Below, in pieces: positions 50,471-64,000 of a DNA stretch of 64,000 bases. Source of the DNA: Octopus vulgaris (lineage: Eukaryota); contig OX597822.1 of NCBI GenBank assembly GCA_951406725.2, positions 42,408,001 through 42,472,000 of the forward strand, in the 5' to 3' direction. Made by a program: the position numbers and the translations under genes. The stretch's first letter is position 1; every line of letters begins with the position of its first letter. The notes below the pieces were generated by a model that was not told the origin of the DNA, did no database searches, and was given only the letters and a program-made list of their open reading frames with translations.

Positions 50471-53400
50471 AGCTAGGGGTACAACCCCAATCCAAGTGTA
50501 CACATGTAAGCCAAAGGCACATCCCTAATTGAAGTGTAAGTACATAAGCTTGGAATACATCACTACTCCAAGTATATACATGCATTAAGGGTAATCATAA
50601 TCCATTGGAGTTTACCACAACTACTGTCAGTAAATGACTTTCATTGCTAGGATTACTTTTTTTATTTCATATGTGGGAATAAGTTAAATAATCCAGGCAT
50701 AGATTCTATGAAAAGTGAAATAATTATCCATTAATGTTCTAGAGAATCTACTAAAGTAGTTCTGTTAGTGGCTATGTCACATAGAAAAGCACAAGTTGTG
50801 GGTGCTAATGTTTGGTTAGCAAGGTCAGCAGTAGGAAACTCATTTTTGACTCTTTACAAGTCACAATTATAAGCTGCAGCCGTATGCTGACATAAAAGCA
50901 TTAAAATCCAATCTTAAGCTAAGTTTCAATCCTACGACTTTGCTTTAATTGTTCTGGGGTCAATGAAATAAATATTAATAATATAATAGAATCAACTAAA
51001 TCTTCTGTTCCAAAGAGCCTTGTGATGTCCCAGTGAATACTCCTCCATTTATTGCATCATTATTTCCACTTTACATAATTAGTTTTGTTAATTAGCATGC
51101 ATCTATACTGGTTAATTAATGTAGTTGCAGTAACCAGAAGCCACATATGTTACAGTCCTATAGCAACACTTACCAAGACTATAAACCTTTTGTTCTAGAG
51201 ATACATGTTTCATTGTTTTATGTCAATCTGTTTTATTATTTCAGTTTAAAACAAATTCTATTATGATATAATGGATGGGTAATGTTCCACTACTTATTAA
51301 CTGATCATGAGTTCAAATACAGTTATTGTGTTATGTATTGCAGTGAGACACAATATATTCATTCAATGTTTAATAAGAGAAAAATGATTAAACTTTAAAT
51401 TCCTGCTTCTATTATTCATTAAATTATCTGAATTTTGCAGAACTATACAGTTTATACCATTGAAAATGAAATATATAATGTTCTATCTTGTTATAAAAGA
51501 TGAGTTTAGTACCCTATAACTTGTATAACATAACTACACTTGTTAACATTATCTTCACTCTTTCTCCAAATTTTCTATTAATGTCCAACTAATTCCAAGT
51601 GACAGTAAATACACCAAAATGCATGTATATATGTATGTGGGTATATGTGTATATATGTGTTTGAGTGTCAGTAAGTTTGTATCTCCCTGTTTTGACATTG
51701 TGTGGTATTTGTAAATTGATGGTCACTGTCAAACAAACTGTGTTATTCCTTTCCAGTATTCTGTGAGAACTTGCCTGACCATGGGAAAATGTTACCTTGT
51801 TTGGAAACAGGTGAGGTTTGGTGACAGAAAGGGCATCTGATCATAGAAAATTTACTTCAATAAATTCCAGCCCATGCAAGCATGGAATAGTGGATGTAAT
51901 AATGACAATAATGATGACACATGTTGTTCAGTAGAGTTCAAACTATACTGAGGTCTACTTTGCTTGTCGTCCCTTGATGTAAAAAGTACCATGGATCAAT
52001 ATAAACAACTGTTTCTGTCAGCAAAATATCTGGCCTTGAGCCCAGGTTAGAAATTATTATGAATGCCAAACAAAACACTTGGCAATATTTTGGTTTATGT
52101 TTTGAGTTCAGATTCCACCAAGAATGACATTGCCTTACATCCTTATAATTTTGAAGTTGATTTTTTTTCCTATTCATCATGATTGCCTGCTTTGTTTCAG
52201 GCTCTTCATGTTCTGAGTCTAAATTCTGCCAAAGTCAAGTACCGATCAAATACAGGGGTCAATAGTATTAACTAAACATCTCTCCTAAAAATTGTTGACT
52301 TTCTGCCTGCCGTATTTTCCAGTATACAAGTTGAATTTTTCAGATCAAAATTTACAGAAAAAAATAATAAATAATAAATAAATAAATAAATAAATAAATA
52401 GATAAATAAATAAATCAGCTTATACACGAAAATGACTTTGAAGGACCAAAACTTCTATGTGAAATGCAACAGGTTTGGAAAAGATAGTGATGATGTTTGA
52501 ATGTTTATATTATGTGGTCTTGCAGATAAATTGAGATAATTTTTACAATGCATAAAACTAGTTATGAAAACTAAAATAATGGTAGTAGACATATATAATT
52601 TTAATGTAACATTTATTACAACAAAAACCTCTTTAGATCGTCATTGAAACCATCTAATGATGAGTCTGTTCAGAAGGCTGTAATATGTCATTTGACAAAG
52701 GAATACTGTATAATGAATTCATAGAACAAAGCTGTAACTTTAAATACCTTTACTCTAGGTCACAAATATATACAAGTTGAATAATAATGAAGGAGTTTAC
52801 ACGTGAAGGTCATGTTCATCTTCTATGTATAACCTCATGTCTGCATACATATACATATATATATATGTATATGTATGTGGAGGTGCAATGGCCCAGTGGT
52901 TAGGGCAGTGGACTCACAGTCATAGGATCGTGGTTTCGATTCCCAGACCAGGGGTTGTGAGTGTTTATTGAGTGAAAACACCTAAAGCTCCTTGTGGCTC
53001 TGGCAGGATATGGTGGCGGACCACAATTTTCTCTCATTCTTCCTGTTTCTGTTGTACCTGTATTTCAAAGGGCTAGCCTTGTCGCACTCTGTGTCATGCT
53101 GAATCTCCCCCAGAACTACGTTAAGGGTACACATATCTGTGGAGTGCTCAGCCACTTGCACGTTAATTTTACGAACAGGCTGTTCCGTTGATTGGGTCAA
53201 CTGGAACCCTCATCATCATAACCAATGGAGTGCTATGATATATATATATATATATGTATTCTTTTATTTGTTTCAGTCATTTGACAGCAGCCATGTTGGA
53301 GCACTGCCTTTAGTCAAGCAAATTGACCCCAGGACTTATTCTTTGTAAGTCCAGTACTTATTCTATCGTATCCTTTGCTGAACCACTAAGTTACAGGGAC

Positions 53401-53647
53401 ATAAACACACCAGCATCAGTTGTCAGGTGATGGTGGGGTGACAAGCACAGACACAGAAACAAACATACACACACATATATACATATATATACATATATGA
53501 CGGGCTTCTTTCAGCTTCTGTCTACCAAATCCACTCACAAGGCTTTGGTCGGCTTGAGGCTATAGTAAGACACTTGCTCAAGGTGCCACACAGTGGGACT
53601 AAACCTATGTACCACACAGCCACTCCCGCACCTATATATGTATATAT

Positions 53648-53690
<43 letters not shown>

Positions 53691-53787
53691 GTTAATCCAA
53701 ACAAGAAAACACAGAAAAAGGGAAAAAAAAACATAGCAACGCAGGACGTGGAACAATTAAAGTATTATTGACGCTCAGGGAAGGAGG

Positions 53788-53846
<59 letters not shown>

Positions 53847-54914
53847 GTATTTATGTATGTATGTATGTATGTATACAATGGGCTTCTTTCAGTTTCCGTC
53901 ACACCTGTGCCTATTTGGTGAATAAAAAATTATTTTTGCTTTGAGTTAAAATCTAAATCTGCTTTGTGTTTATATTGATGATGATGATGGTGATATGGAA
54001 GAAGAAGAAGAAGAAGAAGAATGTGGAGAAGGAGAGGAGAGGGAACATTAATGCATTAAACCAATTTTTATCAGTTTATGAGTCAAAGCTATTTACCGTT
54101 AGATTGTTTAATTAAAAATAATAAACATTAACTCAGTACTCCCGTGAAACTGTAAACAATGATGACCTTTCACCTTTCTCTGTATTGTTTAACTGGTGGA
54201 CCACTGCAATAAGTGTGTAAATCTGAGAGTGGAATATGTTGAATATAGTCATAATTAACTGATCCTCCTGTATATTCTTTTACCCAAAGCAAGGAACTTT
54301 TCAGTAACCCCTTGTGTGTGTGTGAGTGTATGTGTGTGTGTATGTGTTTGTATTTACATATTTTGTTTATATGTATTGTATAAAATACCATACTAGCCAA
54401 TATATAGGTTGCTTTAATATCATTGAAGGAACCTAATATGTCATACACACCAACCATTTACTGGAGTTCAAGTCCTTTGATCACCTACCATTTGTTCTTT
54501 ATTGAAAATGTTTCTGAACATTGACCTTTGACTTCTGGCAAACTTTCCTTTTGTATTCATTGTTCTTGTCATTTTGGTAAGACTGAAAATTCACTCATTT
54601 TCTATCAATCAGCTGCTTTATTTGGGTGTTGTTCTCATCTAACAAATCTTGGACTTAGTGGCTGATGATATGTGCATCTCTGATCACAAGCAGAAGTAGT
54701 GGGGGAGCATCATAGCCATGTTTTGAGAGGAATTCTTTGGGGTTTGAATAATTCACCTCTGGAAACATGGGTAGTTCGTTCAACATCCTTAAACAATCCT
54801 TTTTCAGGGACCTTTTGAGCAGGATGGGTTACTATATTTACCCCAGTGTCATTTTGATGGCATGCACTGCTCTCTCATTCAATAATAATAATAACAATAA
54901 TAATAATAATAATG

Positions 54915-54984
<70 letters not shown>

Positions 54985-55351
54985 CAATCATCCTTTCTAC
55001 TATAGGCACAAGGCCTGAAATTTGGGGGGAGGGGGATAGTTGGTTACATTGATCCCAGTGTTTGACTGGTACTTATTTTACTGATCCCAAAAGGGTTGAT
55101 GAAATAAAGTGCCAATTAAGTATTAAGGATGATGTAATCAACATGTCCCCTTCACTCCCATTGGCCAAGTGCCAAAATTAAAAAGAATCGTTATATTGCC
55201 TTTGGTTTCAGGATGGTTGTTATAACCTGGTCAGTTTCCTGTCTTGACCTTGAAGTTAACAGAGAAAATGACAAACGACTGAGAGGAATGGCAATATGTG
55301 GTTCTCAAGAAGTGCTGCCCAATGCAGTGAAACAGTTATGGAAGAACTGTA

Positions 55352-55389
<38 letters not shown>

Positions 55390-57417
55390 TAACTGGACCC
55401 TTTGTCTTATTTCCTCCTTAAGAAATGTCCCCCACCCATCATACTTCTAACTGCAGCTTTTCTCTGGTACTACTTACCTTTCTCCCTACCCAGAAACATT
55501 TCAGTTGATGTTCATTCTTCATCATTGACCCTGTCCTCTCCACCCACACTTTACACTGATCATCCTTCTGAGCCAGCAAATTATTTCTCCTTCTCCACCC
55601 CTACTCTCCCAATGTACTGTGCCTGCTTTTCTCTCTCCCCCACACCCCTCCTACAACCTATCTATCCACACACATCTCTGTCTCTCTCTCTCTCTCATCC
55701 TCCCTATGTCTACTATATCAACATTACTATTCAATTGCTCTTCAACCCTAAATTTATATGCATTGTTTGCCACTCTCCACCTCTTATCCACAATTCAATA
55801 CATCCTGCCCTCAACCTTATCCAGTTCTATAGCTGTCACTTACTCTTCCCTACCTCCCCTACTTATCTCCCAACAATTGCTCTTAATTCATTATATTTCC
55901 CTCCCACCTTCCACTCTACCCATCCACATTCCTAGTTGTTATGGACCCCATCCATATCTACCCACCTCATATCATGAGGGTCCACACTCACACCTCATCA
56001 CCCCTAATTTTATCTCTTTCCAGCCTCAGCCTGTTCCTTCCTACTCTATCTTCTATAATATGAATGGCCTTGTAATTCCTCTACAGCAAAAACCCTGTTC
56101 TGCTCCATTCTTTCTTTTATACTTTCGTCTTTCATCTTCTAGTACAAAGCCACCTCCTTTTAGGATTAGTGATTATGCAAACTCCATGATCTCAATAGTG
56201 CTGGTGGCATGGAAAATGTATTCCATACATGTTGTGTATTCCATACATGTTGTTAATGTATTCCATACATGTTAACATTAGGAAGGACATCCAGCCATGG
56301 AAAGCATACCAAAGCAGACATTGGACCTTGGTGCAGTCTTTGGACTCATTGGATCCTGTCAAACTATCCAACCCATTTTAGCACAGAACATGGATATTAA
56401 ATGATGATGATGATGATCAACTCCTTAAATAGTTGCAAGCATACTGAGCAACTATTATTAGCACATCCATGTACACTCAAGATGTGTAACTGTCTTGGAA
56501 GAGAAATTCTCTTTATGGACAATGCCACACTGAGCTATGTTGTGAATGATGTCACAGTAAGATACATATTTATGGACTGTTATGCTTCCCACTGAGAATT
56601 ACCACTTGTTCAGTTTGTCTGGCTGACAAACTGCTCCCCAACAATCACAGCTGAGTGATTCATAGTAGCAAGAACATAGAGCTGTACAAACAATTGCTCC
56701 AGCAAAAACGACACCTCCCTTCAACCACTTACTAGGATTGAAAAATGATTTAATACAGTAAAAAAACATATGGTCTGTAAATGTCCTCACTTTTACCTTT
56801 ACACAAGTACAAATATATTCACAGAGATTCCCTCCCATATACATAAGCACACACACATGCATATTCATGTATACAGACACACTCATGCACACACATATAC
56901 ACATACATACATATATCTGTGTATCTACATATGCTGACTGGTTTAAGCTCAATGATCTTCACACAAAATATATATTGACAAACATTGAAATATGGCTTTG
57001 TTAGACAATAGAGAATCAATAAAAAGAAACAGGTTGTTTTTCTTTAAATACAGAATTTCAGGTTGTCAGTGGCTTACAAACCTAGCAAGAACTGAAGGAA
57101 ATATTGCTAGATTGAAGAAGAAGGCTGGAAATTAATAAATGTGAGACTGTTAGTGTGGAGTTTGAAGAGTTGGATGTAGCAGGGTTTGGAGGCAGAAATA
57201 CCACAGGGTTTGAGACAGGGCTGACTTAATAGTATTTATAGACCCTTGAGCAAATAAATACAGTCCTATTGTATTTAGTTATTGACAGCAAGCCTGTACA
57301 TGTAAAGATCAGAATTGGGTCCCTAGACTTGTGAGGCCCTTGGACAACTGCCCAGTGTGCCCACACACCTTCAAATAGCCTTAAGTTGAAAGAAAAAGAG
57401 AAGTGGATGCAACAATA

Positions 57418-57579
57418 GGCGTGGGAGTGGCTGTGTGGTAAGTAGCTTGTTTACCAACCACATGGTTCCGGGTTCAGTCCTACTGCATGGCACCTTGGGC
57501 AAGTATCTTCTACTATAGCCTCGGGCCGACCAAAGCCTTGTGAGTGGATTTGGTAGACGGAAAGTGAAAGAAGCCCGTC

Positions 57580-57616
<37 letters not shown>

Positions 57617-57830
57617 CGTGTGTGTGTTTGTGTGTCTGTGTTCATCCCCCTAGCATTACTTGACAACCGATGCTAGCGTGTTTATGTCCCTGTTACTTAG
57701 CGGTTCAGCAAAAGATACCGATAGAATAAGTACTGGGCTTACAAAAGAATAAGTCCCGGGGTCGAGTTGCTCGATTAAAGGCGGTGCTCCAGCATGGCCA
57801 CAGTCAAATGACTGAAACAAGTAAAAGAGT
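57418..57830 (+). mobile_element. tRNA-derived SINE, family B, full length
   Basis: end-to-end match with 30300-30687; B box GGGTTCAGTCC. Confidence 0.88.
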
Positions 57831-58158
57831 AGAGAGAATAGGGTACAAATGGAAGGCTGAAGATGATGATGATGATGATGATGATGATGATAGAAGTGGT
57901 GGCTGTGGTGGTGGTGTTGGTGATAGGGTGATGATTATGGTAGGAGGACACAATAATAACAACAGATGGATTGAAAAACTTTTTTCTCACAGTTATTGCA
58001 GTGAAGAAGATCACAAGCATATTTCGGTGTTTTCCACAGGATCAAAACAGGAAAGAAAGAAGAGACAGAAGAGAAACAAGAGAAAGAGGCAGCAATAGAC
58101 ATCACAGGTGTTTGCTGAAAGTAACATGTCAAAGCTCAAGGTAATACATGTAATATAT

Positions 58159-58231
<73 letters not shown>

Positions 58232-58662
58232 AGATAATGGTGTCATTGAGACCCAAAGGTGTCAGGTAATGCTGAATAAGTGCTATAGACAGACTATAGT
58301 TCAACGTTGAACCCCTTATATATATATATATATACACAGGTATAAGTTAGAGGTGTTTAAAGCCTCTAAGGGACAGATATATCCAAAGACACTTCTGGTA
58401 ATTACCTCAGTAGGTATATTCCTTGCTAAAAGGTATGTAGCAGCAGGTAATTTAGTGGGTAACCGTAGTTTAATTTATATAGATGCGAAGAAAGTGTGTC
58501 TTTTGCGCTAATAAGCTATTGTTTAATTTGTAAATAAAGGTGAGAGACATATATATGTGTGTGTGTGTGTGTGTGTACTTATATACATTTCATCATCATC
58601 ATTTAGTATCCATTTTGCATGCTGGCATGAGTTAGATGGTCTGATTATATATATATATATAT

Positions 58663-58948
58663 ACAATTGCAGCGTAGAAGGTGTTTGTAAGCCATTTAAG
58701 AAACACACAAAAGCTGTTTGATTCACTTCAACATTTAAGTTTAATTTGTCAAAATATTTTCGTTGCTTTAAGACCGCGACCTGTTTACTGACAAAAATCT
58801 GTTGCAGCATGGATTTTTGTCAGTGAACAAGTCGAGGTCTTAAAGCGACGAAAATATTTTGACAAATTAAACTTAAATGTTGAAGTGAATCAAACAGCTT
58901 TTGTGTGTTTCTTAAATGGCTTACAAACACCTTCCACGCTGCAATTGT
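58663..58948. repeat. Inverted repeat (Penelope-like fold-back), arms about 137 bp
   Basis: acaattgcagcgtagaaggtgtttgtaagcc... vs ...ggcttacaaacaccttccacgctgcaattgt; lies between (TA)n tracts. Confidence 0.92.
58816..58866 (+). ncRNA. Minimal type I hammerhead ribozyme with G3:C8 core swap
   Basis: TTTGTCA-GTGAACA-A-GTCG(AGGTCTTAAAG)CGAC-GAAA-ATAT-T-T-TGACAAA: 7-bp stem I, 4-bp stem II, palindromic stem III. Confidence 0.6.
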
Positions 58949-59050
58949 TTTTGTTTCAGCACACGATCTCAGATCAAATCACTTGCTATGCAAGTACATC
59001 TCCTATATATGTATATATATATATATGTGTGTGTGTTTGTGTGTGTGTGC

Positions 59051-59099
<49 letters not shown>

Positions 59100-59199
59100 T
59101 ATAACCCATGCTAGCATGGAAAGCGGACGCTAAACGAAGATGATGATGATGATGATGGTGTGTGTGTGTGTGTGTATATATGTGGAAAACCGGTTTGTG

Positions 59200-59760
59200 T
59201 TTTGTTTGTGGTGTTGTTAGCTAACTCCTGCTAATTCATTTTATTGATTTTTATGAAACTTGGCATGTGAGTAGAACTCATGACTGGAAACCTTGTGACA
59301 TACTTAGATTATTGAAGAAATCGATAATATGGCCCCTGGAAGGGACCTTTATATATACCTCATATAACTAATTTTTTTTAACACCCAAGAGAAATAACCC
59401 ATAGCACCTGTACAATATTTTTTTAAACACTCAAGGGAAATAACCCATTTCATTGTTAAATTTTGATTACTTTGAATATTCATTTTTTTGTGTGCCCTAT
59501 TTCTAATTTTTCAGACAATATCACTTTTATACTTTATGTGACACATGAGTAGAACACATGTCTGGAAACCTTGTGACATACTTAGATTGTGGGGAAAAAA
59601 AAAAATCGATAATAGGGCCCTTCCAATGGATACTTCTATCTACTACATATTACTAAAAATTCATTGTAACAACCCAAGGGAAATAACCCATACCACCTGC
59701 AGATTTTAGTGAAGTGACCAATATTTGATTCTCACGATCAGCCGACCTAATTCTACATTT
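59200..59760 (+). mobile_element. Unclassified (Helentron-like) element with internal repeats of about 280 bp
   Basis: 59265-59410 repeats at 59543-59700 (catg..agtagaac.catg.ctggaaaccttgtgacatacttagatt). Confidence 0.5.
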
Positions 59761-59834
59761 CCCTACTCACAGTTTTGAACTTCTAAACTTCTAAGGCCCT
59801 GCTCGATCTGTAGAAAAGGTGTAGGTAGAAACTC

Positions 59835-60725
59835 CATAAAATATACCCAGTGTAAGCTATGGACACATAAGAGGTGCTGCAACATCAAAGGAAAATTAAC
59901 CAAGAAGATAGCTTTCATGTGCTGCAGATGCACAGGGGCAATAGACACCACAGATACTCAGAAAACAGATTCCCTCACACTCCAGGGGGAGAAACTAGAA
60001 GTAGTTGATAGTTTCAGCTACCTAGGTGACCAAGTTAGTATAGGAGGTGGATGCTCAGAGAGTGTCACCACTAGAATATGAATAGCCTGGGCAAGGTTTA
60101 GAAAACTTCTACCCCTACTCGTGACAATGGGTCTCTTGCTCAGAGTGAAAGGTAGATTGTACGACGCATGTGTGTGAACTGCCACTCCCAAACAGTTGAA
60201 GGAATCCAGGGTAGAGGTAGACGCAGAAAGACATGGTTATGAGGTGGTCAAGCATGACCTTCGAATGTTGGGCCTTACAGAGACAATAATGTGAGTTCAT
60301 GGCTGTTTCCTGCACCAGCTTCACATAGCAGCCCCAGCCCATCCAAAGTACCTTGGATAGCAGGACGGCCTGCTGTGCTTACCTTGGATCTTAGGACGAC
60401 CTGCTGTGTTTGAGGAGACATATTGAGTCAAGTACATCAACATCAAAATAAAAATCAAATGGATATTGTAGTTGTTATACCCATGCTGGTGGCACGTAAA
60501 AAGCACCATCCTAACGTGGCTGATGCCAGCGCTGCCTTGACTGGCTTCCATGCCAGTGGTACATAAAAAGCACCCATTACACTCACGGAGTGGTTGGCGT
60601 TAGGAATGGCATCCAGCTGTAGAAACACTGCCAGATCAGACAGGCTCCAGCCTCCTGGTTTTCCAGACCCCAGTCGAACTGTCCAACGCATGCTAGCATG
60701 GAAAAGGGACGTTAAACGATGATGA
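59835..60725 (+). mobile_element. RTE-clade LINE 3' fragment, same deletion as 33975-34868
   Basis: colinear with 33975-34868; ends GGACGTTAAACGATGATG. Confidence 0.85.
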
Positions 60726-60839
60726 TATATATATTATAATAATAATAATAATAATAATAATAGGAAATATAATTCCAAAATTTACAGAGAAAATTTCAAT
60801 TTAACAATTTTAAATCAAATTTCACACTATATATGTATA

Positions 60840-61518
60840 TAATTTAGAGAAAAACCTCTATTAAGCAATTCAATAAAAAAAGATGTTATTCACACCTTAT
60901 AGAAAACATATGCTATAAAAAAACCTTATTTTAAAAATCAATAAAGTACAATAAGTACTAAATAGTACTATTTACTATTTATTGATTTTTAAAATAAGGT
61001 TTTTTTATAGTATCATCATCATCATCATCATCGTTTAGCGTCCGCTTTCCATGCTGGCATGGGTTGGACAGTTCAACTGGGTCTGGGAAGCCAGAAGGCT
61101 GCCCTAGGCCCAGTCTGATCTGGCAATGTTTCTACGTCTAGATACCCTTCCTAACACCAACCACTCCATGAGTGTAGTGGGTGCTTTTTACATGCAAGAC
61201 GAGGCTGGCAAACGGTCACGTTCGGATGGTGCTTTTTACGTGCCACCGGCACAGAGGCCAGGTGAAGCTGGCAATGGCCATGATCGGATGGTGCTTTTTA
61301 CGTGCCACCGGCACAGAGGCAGTTACGGCGGCGCTGGCAAAGGCCACATTTGGATGGTTCTCTTTTGTGCCACCGGCACTGGTATCACAGCTACGATTTC
61401 TATTGATGTTGATCGATTTTGATTTTGATTTTGTCTTTCACTTGCCTCATGTTTTCTATATGGTGTGAATAACATCTTTCTTTATTGAATTGTTTAATAG
61501 AGATTTTTCTCTAAATTA
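60840..61518. repeat. AT-rich fold-back whose right arm is interrupted by an RTE-tail element (about 61013-61447)
   Basis: aatttagagaaaaacctctatta... vs ...taatagagatttttctctaaatt; centre near 60960. Confidence 0.85.
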
Positions 61519-61635
61519 CATGCATACATACATACATATATATATATCACAGTATCACTGCATTGATCATGCTTTGTTGTAGCATTCAACTGATGCCACC
61601 CTGCTGGCTATGCATGTAGGCCTGTAATATATATG

Positions 61636-61852
61636 TTTCTTTATTACCCACAAGGAGCTAAACATAGAGGGGACAAACGAATTAAGTCGATTACATCGAC
61701 CCCAGTGCGTAACTGGTACTTAATTTATCGACCCCGAAAGGATGAAAGGCAGAGTCGACCTCGGCGGAATTTGAACTCAGAATGTAGCGACGGGTGAAAT
61801 ACCACAAAGCACTTCGCCCAGCGTGCTAACGTCTCTGCCAGCTCGCCGCCTT
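61636..61852 (-). mobile_element. SINE family A, full length with TSD
   Basis: 17-bp TSD TAGGCCTGTAATATATA at 61617-61633 and 61854-61870. Confidence 0.9.
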
Positions 61853-63396
61853 TTAGGCCTGTAATATATAAAGGACTGAGATTATGACATTTCCCCTGAA
61901 TAGGGTGCATCTATTGTAGGGTTACTCATTTAGAGGTGAGAGGACTGGAGCACTGTGAAATAAAGTATATTGGCCAAGAATACAACACACCCCATGGTCC
62001 ATGAGTCATGACCAAAATCTTGCAATTGTGAGTACAATAGCCTAACCATTAACCCATGTGTATGTGTGTGTGTGTATGTAATAAGAGTGCATGGCCTAGT
62101 GGTTAGGATGTTAGACTCATGTCTGCAAGATTGTGGTTTCAATTCCTTAACTGGGTGGTGCGTTGTGTTCTTGAGCAAAACACTTCATCTCATGTTACTC
62201 TGCAATCAGTTCGACACCTGATGCAAAGTACACAATGCACCTGTCCAGATAATGTCGATTTGATGGAGAGAGCGAGTTAATGTGTGGTATGAACATTTGA
62301 TCACTACAAATAATTTATTTGTGCTGGTTGCTTGGCAAAAAACAAAAGCAAAAACAACGTTCATTGGTGTCTTCGATGGGAGAGTCTACCATATATGTAT
62401 GTACCCCATTCTTAGCCAAAAGTTGTTTTTGGAGCAAACCAATGCCTTGTGAGAAAATAAAAACATATAGAAGCACTTCATGCATGTGTATGTGTGTGTG
62501 TGCATGTGTGTTCGTGCATGCATGTATGAAGTAAAAATCTGGTTTCATTATAGTGTATATATTTTTCACAAACTCTCTTTCTCTCTCTTCCCTCACTCTC
62601 TCTCTTTATTTTATTTCTTCTTCCAATTAAAATTGATTGATTTTAATTAATAATAATTCTGTATATTCAATAAGATATGATTGATAAAGTATCAAACTGA
62701 AATATGTACTGGAGTTGATGTGATTGACTTACAGCCTTTGAATGCAGTGCTCCAGCATGGTTGTAGTTCAAAGACAGAAATTAGTATTATCTTTGGTATC
62801 AAGGTTTTTCATACTTTCATATAAGTTTGTTTAGAATGGTAAATTCGTCATCATGCCGTTGATGTTTTTATACCTTCACATTTTCGTTTTCAACATGAGG
62901 TAACGTTGGTATGTGTTGCAATCTGTAGTAGTAGGGTTTATGTGATTAGTGTAGATGTTACCACCAAAATTTGAATTTTGATTGATTTACCTCATCTACC
63001 CAGTGTCATTATCGTCATCATCCTCATCCTCATCATTTACCATCTGCTTCTGATGCTGGAATGGTTTAGACAGTTTGACAGGAGCTGGTGAGCCAGAAGA
63101 CTGCTCCCAGCTCTACTGTCTGTTTTGGCAGGGATTCCACAACTGCATGCCATTACAGGGTACACTGGTTGTTTTTATGTGTCATCAGTAGGGTCACCAA
63201 GTAACTTGTCAGACAAGACTCCTTGACAAAGTGGAGGTGCAGTATTAAAGCAGGCAGCTTTGTGGATCATTTTAGTTTCCTCCCTTCCTCAACAGTGACC
63301 ATTTTAACAGCCTACCCTCTGGTTTGGAAATTAAACATTGCTCCCTCAAAAAAATTTTTTTAAATAATTCAAATTTGGCTCAAAGTTAAGTTTTTG

Positions 63397-63560
63397 ATTA
63401 GGATTGGGGTTGGAGTTAAAGAAAAGGTTAAGGTCAGGGTTACTGTTAGAAATAGGGTTGGAATAAGGATAATAGTTAGAATTCAAGTTAGGGTCACTGT
63501 TAGCACCGAGGTTAGAGTTAGGATTGTGTCTAGGGCTAGGGTTAGAGTTGAGGGTTATGG
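63397..63560 (+). repeat. Degenerate (TTAGGG)n-like hexamer array
   Basis: ttagga/ttaagg/tcaggg/ataggg/ttaggg/ctaggg/ttagag units in 6-bp register. Confidence 0.65.
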
Positions 63561-63589
63561 GCTCAGTAACTTCTAATCAGATTGCAGCA

Positions 63590-64000
63590 TCACTGACAGG
63601 GCTCTTTCTGTCACCCACTCTCTCAGCTCTGGTGTTTGGCTTCTTTTCCGCCAGTCTCTCCCTTCTATACATCAATGACTTATCTCTACATCCAACAATG
63701 TCCACTCTTACTAAAGTGACACAGCTTAACTTTCCTCGACCATGCATCATTCACATGAATAATAGGCACCATATTCTAAACCTGTATTGCAGTGGATCCA
63801 AACCAATTTTGTCTTTTACTGCACCCACCCAAATAAAAACAAAAAGAAAACTCAAGTAGCACTCAGGACCCCAACAGATACTTCAAATACTGAGCTGCAC
63901 AATCACAAAGGATCCCTCTTTGTAAAAAAATATATCCTTAACATAACTAGGACTGCATCCCAAAGAGAAGCCCTTCCTCTTTAAGGTCAGAAAATATTTC
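63590..64000 (+). mobile_element. Highly decayed LINE RT remnant (CR1/Jockey-like)
   Basis: LSPTL...LLYINDL resembles the RT motif upstream of YADD; otherwise disrupted. Confidence 0.4.

Noticed and set aside
55402-56275. 177-aa and 218-aa ORFs
   Set aside because: C/T-rich low-complexity DNA is depleted of stop codons; no domain or splice support.
56599-56735. Possible minus-strand exon (KWLKGGVVFAGAIVC...)
   Set aside because: AG/GT boundaries exist, but I recognise no protein and find no partner exons.

Overview
AT-rich, microsatellite- and transposon-dense animal DNA; the SINE/LINE repertoire suggests an octopus (inference). It holds one complete protein-coding gene: IMP4 (U3 snoRNP/Brix-domain protein), 9 coding exons on +, 21147-37826, 293 aa. 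A nearly full-length L1/Tx1-clade retrotransposon lies on the minus strand (about 2919-8328), each ORF broken by a single-base indel, next to an older decayed copy of the same family. The rest is tRNA-derived SINEs, RTE and CR1 LINE ends, Tc1/mariner/maT remnants, Helitron/Helentron, hAT and piggyBac MITEs, and Penelope-like fold-backs. Most interesting signals: (1) the Tx1 3' end and three different SINE tails share a covarying stem-loop with a conserved CUUGU loop, suggesting a stringent Tx1-SINE mobilisation system; (2) two tRNA-SINE chimeric retrocopies; (3) non-canonical minimal hammerhead ribozymes, one with a G3:C8 core swap and one with a sibling copy starting at the predicted cleavage site; (4) a templated copy of the IMP4 exon-4 splice acceptor inserted in intron 1. 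All calls were made by eye, and repeat boundaries are approximate.
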